36,389 bases of DNA from Alphaproteobacteria bacterium (GTDB lineage Bacteria > Pseudomonadota > Alphaproteobacteria > UBA6184). The stretch covers positions 1 through 36,389 of the forward strand of contig JAUIKZ010000001.1 of NCBI GenBank assembly GCA_030433125.1, written 5' to 3'. This document shows positions 34,786 through 36,389 of this stretch, piece after piece. The notes under the pieces are model-generated. The model ran no database searches and was not told where the DNA came from. It worked only from the letters and a program-made list of their open reading frames with translations. Position 1 is the stretch's first letter; every line of letters begins with the position of its first letter. Made by a program: the position numbers and the translations under genes.

Positions 34786-35015
34786 TTTTCTTGCAGCTCC
34801 CTCTAGCGCCCCCCGAACTTGTTTCAGGATCTCATGCTACTGCCTGCACACTGCTAAAAGCCTAGTAAAACCATGCCTTTGCTAGCCCCCTCTGTCTTAG
34901 CACCAGGCTTCGACACGCCAGGTTGCCTCCGCGGGGGTAACATTCCTTGAGGTATCAAGAACAGTTTTTATGCGTAGGCTCCACACACCTGTATATTCCC
35001 CCTTGACATACATTG
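34786..35015 (+). repeat. copy B of dispersed repeat family (most complete solo copy)
   Basis: It shares module 1 with copy A (34815-34837), collinear blocks with copy C (34840-34973), and module 2 with copy D (34921-34966). Confidence 0.6.
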
Positions 35016-35031
35016 CTAGGTCAAGTAAATA
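35003..35031 (+). promoter_or_regulatory. sigma70-type promoter for the rpsL-rpsG-fusA operon
   Basis: TTGACA (35003-35008), an exact 17-nt spacer, then TAAATA (35026-35031). It lies ~125 nt upstream of the rpsL ATG. Confidence 0.5.
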
Positions 35032-35155
35032 AATAAAGCGCAAGCATTGCGTTCAATAATCATATTTATGATTGAGTGCCGGGATGGCAGAGACGTACTA
35101 CAGGAAATGAGATAAGGTAGTACTAAATTTTTGTATGTAAAAAGGAAATCGTAGA

Positions 35156-35527
35156 ATGCCTACAATTAACCAGTTAATTCGCAAGCCAAGGCAGCCACGC
35201 GTCAAGCGTAACAAGGTGCCTGCATTAAACGCTTGCCCACAACGTCGCGGGGTGTGTACCCGTGTTACCGTAAGTACACCGAAGAAGCCGAACTCGGCCC
35301 AACGTAAAATCGCCAAGGTGCGGTTAACAAGCGGCTACGAAGTGACAGCTTATATTCCAGGTGAAGGCCACAACCTCCAAGAGCACTCTGTTGTGCTTAT
35401 TCGTGGGGGACGTGTGAAGGACTTGCCGGGTGTGCGTTATCACATTATCCGTGGTGCGCTTGATACCCAAGGCGTTAAAGACCGTAAGCGTGGCCGTTCG
35501 AAATACGGTGTTAAGAGACCAAAGTAA
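35156..35527 (+). CDS. rpsL: 30S ribosomal protein S12
   Basis: 123 aa reading [12 protein letters not shown]...[10 protein letters not shown]...[20 protein letters not shown], an unmistakable S12. Confidence 0.97.
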   Translation: MPTINQLIRKPRQPRVKRNKVPALNACPQRRGVCTRVTVSTPKKPNSAQRKIAKVRLTSGYEVTAYIPGEGHNLQEHSVVLIRGGRVKDLPGVRYHIIRGALDTQGVKDRKRGRSKYGVKRPK

Positions 35528-35530
35528 TAG

Positions 35531-36010
<480 letters not shown>

Positions 36011-36022
36011 GGAAATAATATA

Positions 36023-36389
36023 ATGTCAGAAAAACAAGTTCCTTTAAGTATGTATCGCAACATCGGTATCATGGCTCACATTGATGCCGGTAAAACAACA
36101 ACAACCGAACGCGTTCTTTTTTATACAGGACGTACCTACAAAATCGGTGAGGTGCACGAGGGTGGCGCCACAATGGACTGGATGGAGCAAGAGCAAGAGC
36201 GTGGTATTACCATTACCTCTGCGGCGACAACTTGTTTCTGGAAAGATCACCGGATTAATATTATCGACACACCAGGACACGTTGACTTTACCATTGAGGT
36301 AGAGCGTTCATTGCGTGTGCTTGACGGTGCTGTCGCTGTATTCGACTCAGTGGCAGGTGTTGAGCCTCAGTCAGAAACGGTGTGGCGCC
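36023..36389 (+). CDS. fusA: elongation factor G, N-terminal fragment (runs off the window)
   Basis: The ATG at 36023 opens [104 protein letters not shown]... This carries the G1 AHIDAGKTT and G3 DTPGH motifs. It is absent from the track because no stop lies in the window. Confidence 0.95.
   Translation, partial: MSEKQVPLSMYRNIGIMAHIDAGKTTTTERVLFYTGRTYKIGEVHEGGATMDWMEQEQERGITITSAATTCFWKDHRINIIDTPGHVDFTIEVERSLRVLDGAVAVFDSVAGVEPQSETVWR

Noticed and set aside
35098-35316. 72-aa minus-strand ORF overlapping the rpsL start
   Set aside because: It is antisense to a highly conserved ribosomal protein gene and its leader, with no RBS. It is a shadow ORF.

Overview
This 36.4-kb window reads like a chromosomal segment of an alphaproteobacterium. 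That placement is inferred only from protein motifs and gene order. Backbone genes are gmk (partial), rsmA, surA-like, tolQ-tolR-tolA, ratA/COQ10-like-lipA-lpdA, clpP-tig, tRNA-Leu(UAG), pntAA-pntAB-pntB, recJ-comF, phaC, lgt and rpsL-rpsG-fusA (partial). Gene content looks host-associated: a Sel1-repeat protein, an autotransporter-like surface protein, a ProP-type MFS transporter, an MscS channel fused to a cNMP-binding domain, and several orphan secreted or lipoprotein genes. About 35 CDS, one tRNA, several intrinsic terminators and a near-consensus promoter for rpsL can be supported. I found no rRNA, CRISPR array, intact mobile element or recognisable defence or toxin system. The main non-obvious signals are: (1) A decayed, dispersed repeat family has at least five partial copies filling much of the larger intergenic spacers. 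Two copies in inverted orientation bracket a truncated IS4/IS1634-like transposase, and one copy appears to supply the -35 box of the rpsL promoter. (2) An accessory module holds an XRE-HTH/S24-like regulator whose Ser/Lys dyad looks replaced, a divergent orphan gene, and an operator-like array of TGTTAA half-sites. (3) There are sharp compositional steps inside genes, at the rsmA 3' end plus gmk and at the autotransporter passenger/barrel junction. (4) An AT-rich islet carries two orphan lipoprotein genes next to the IS debris. I cannot name one clearly novel multi-gene system. These four are the best candidates, and all need database searches I cannot run.
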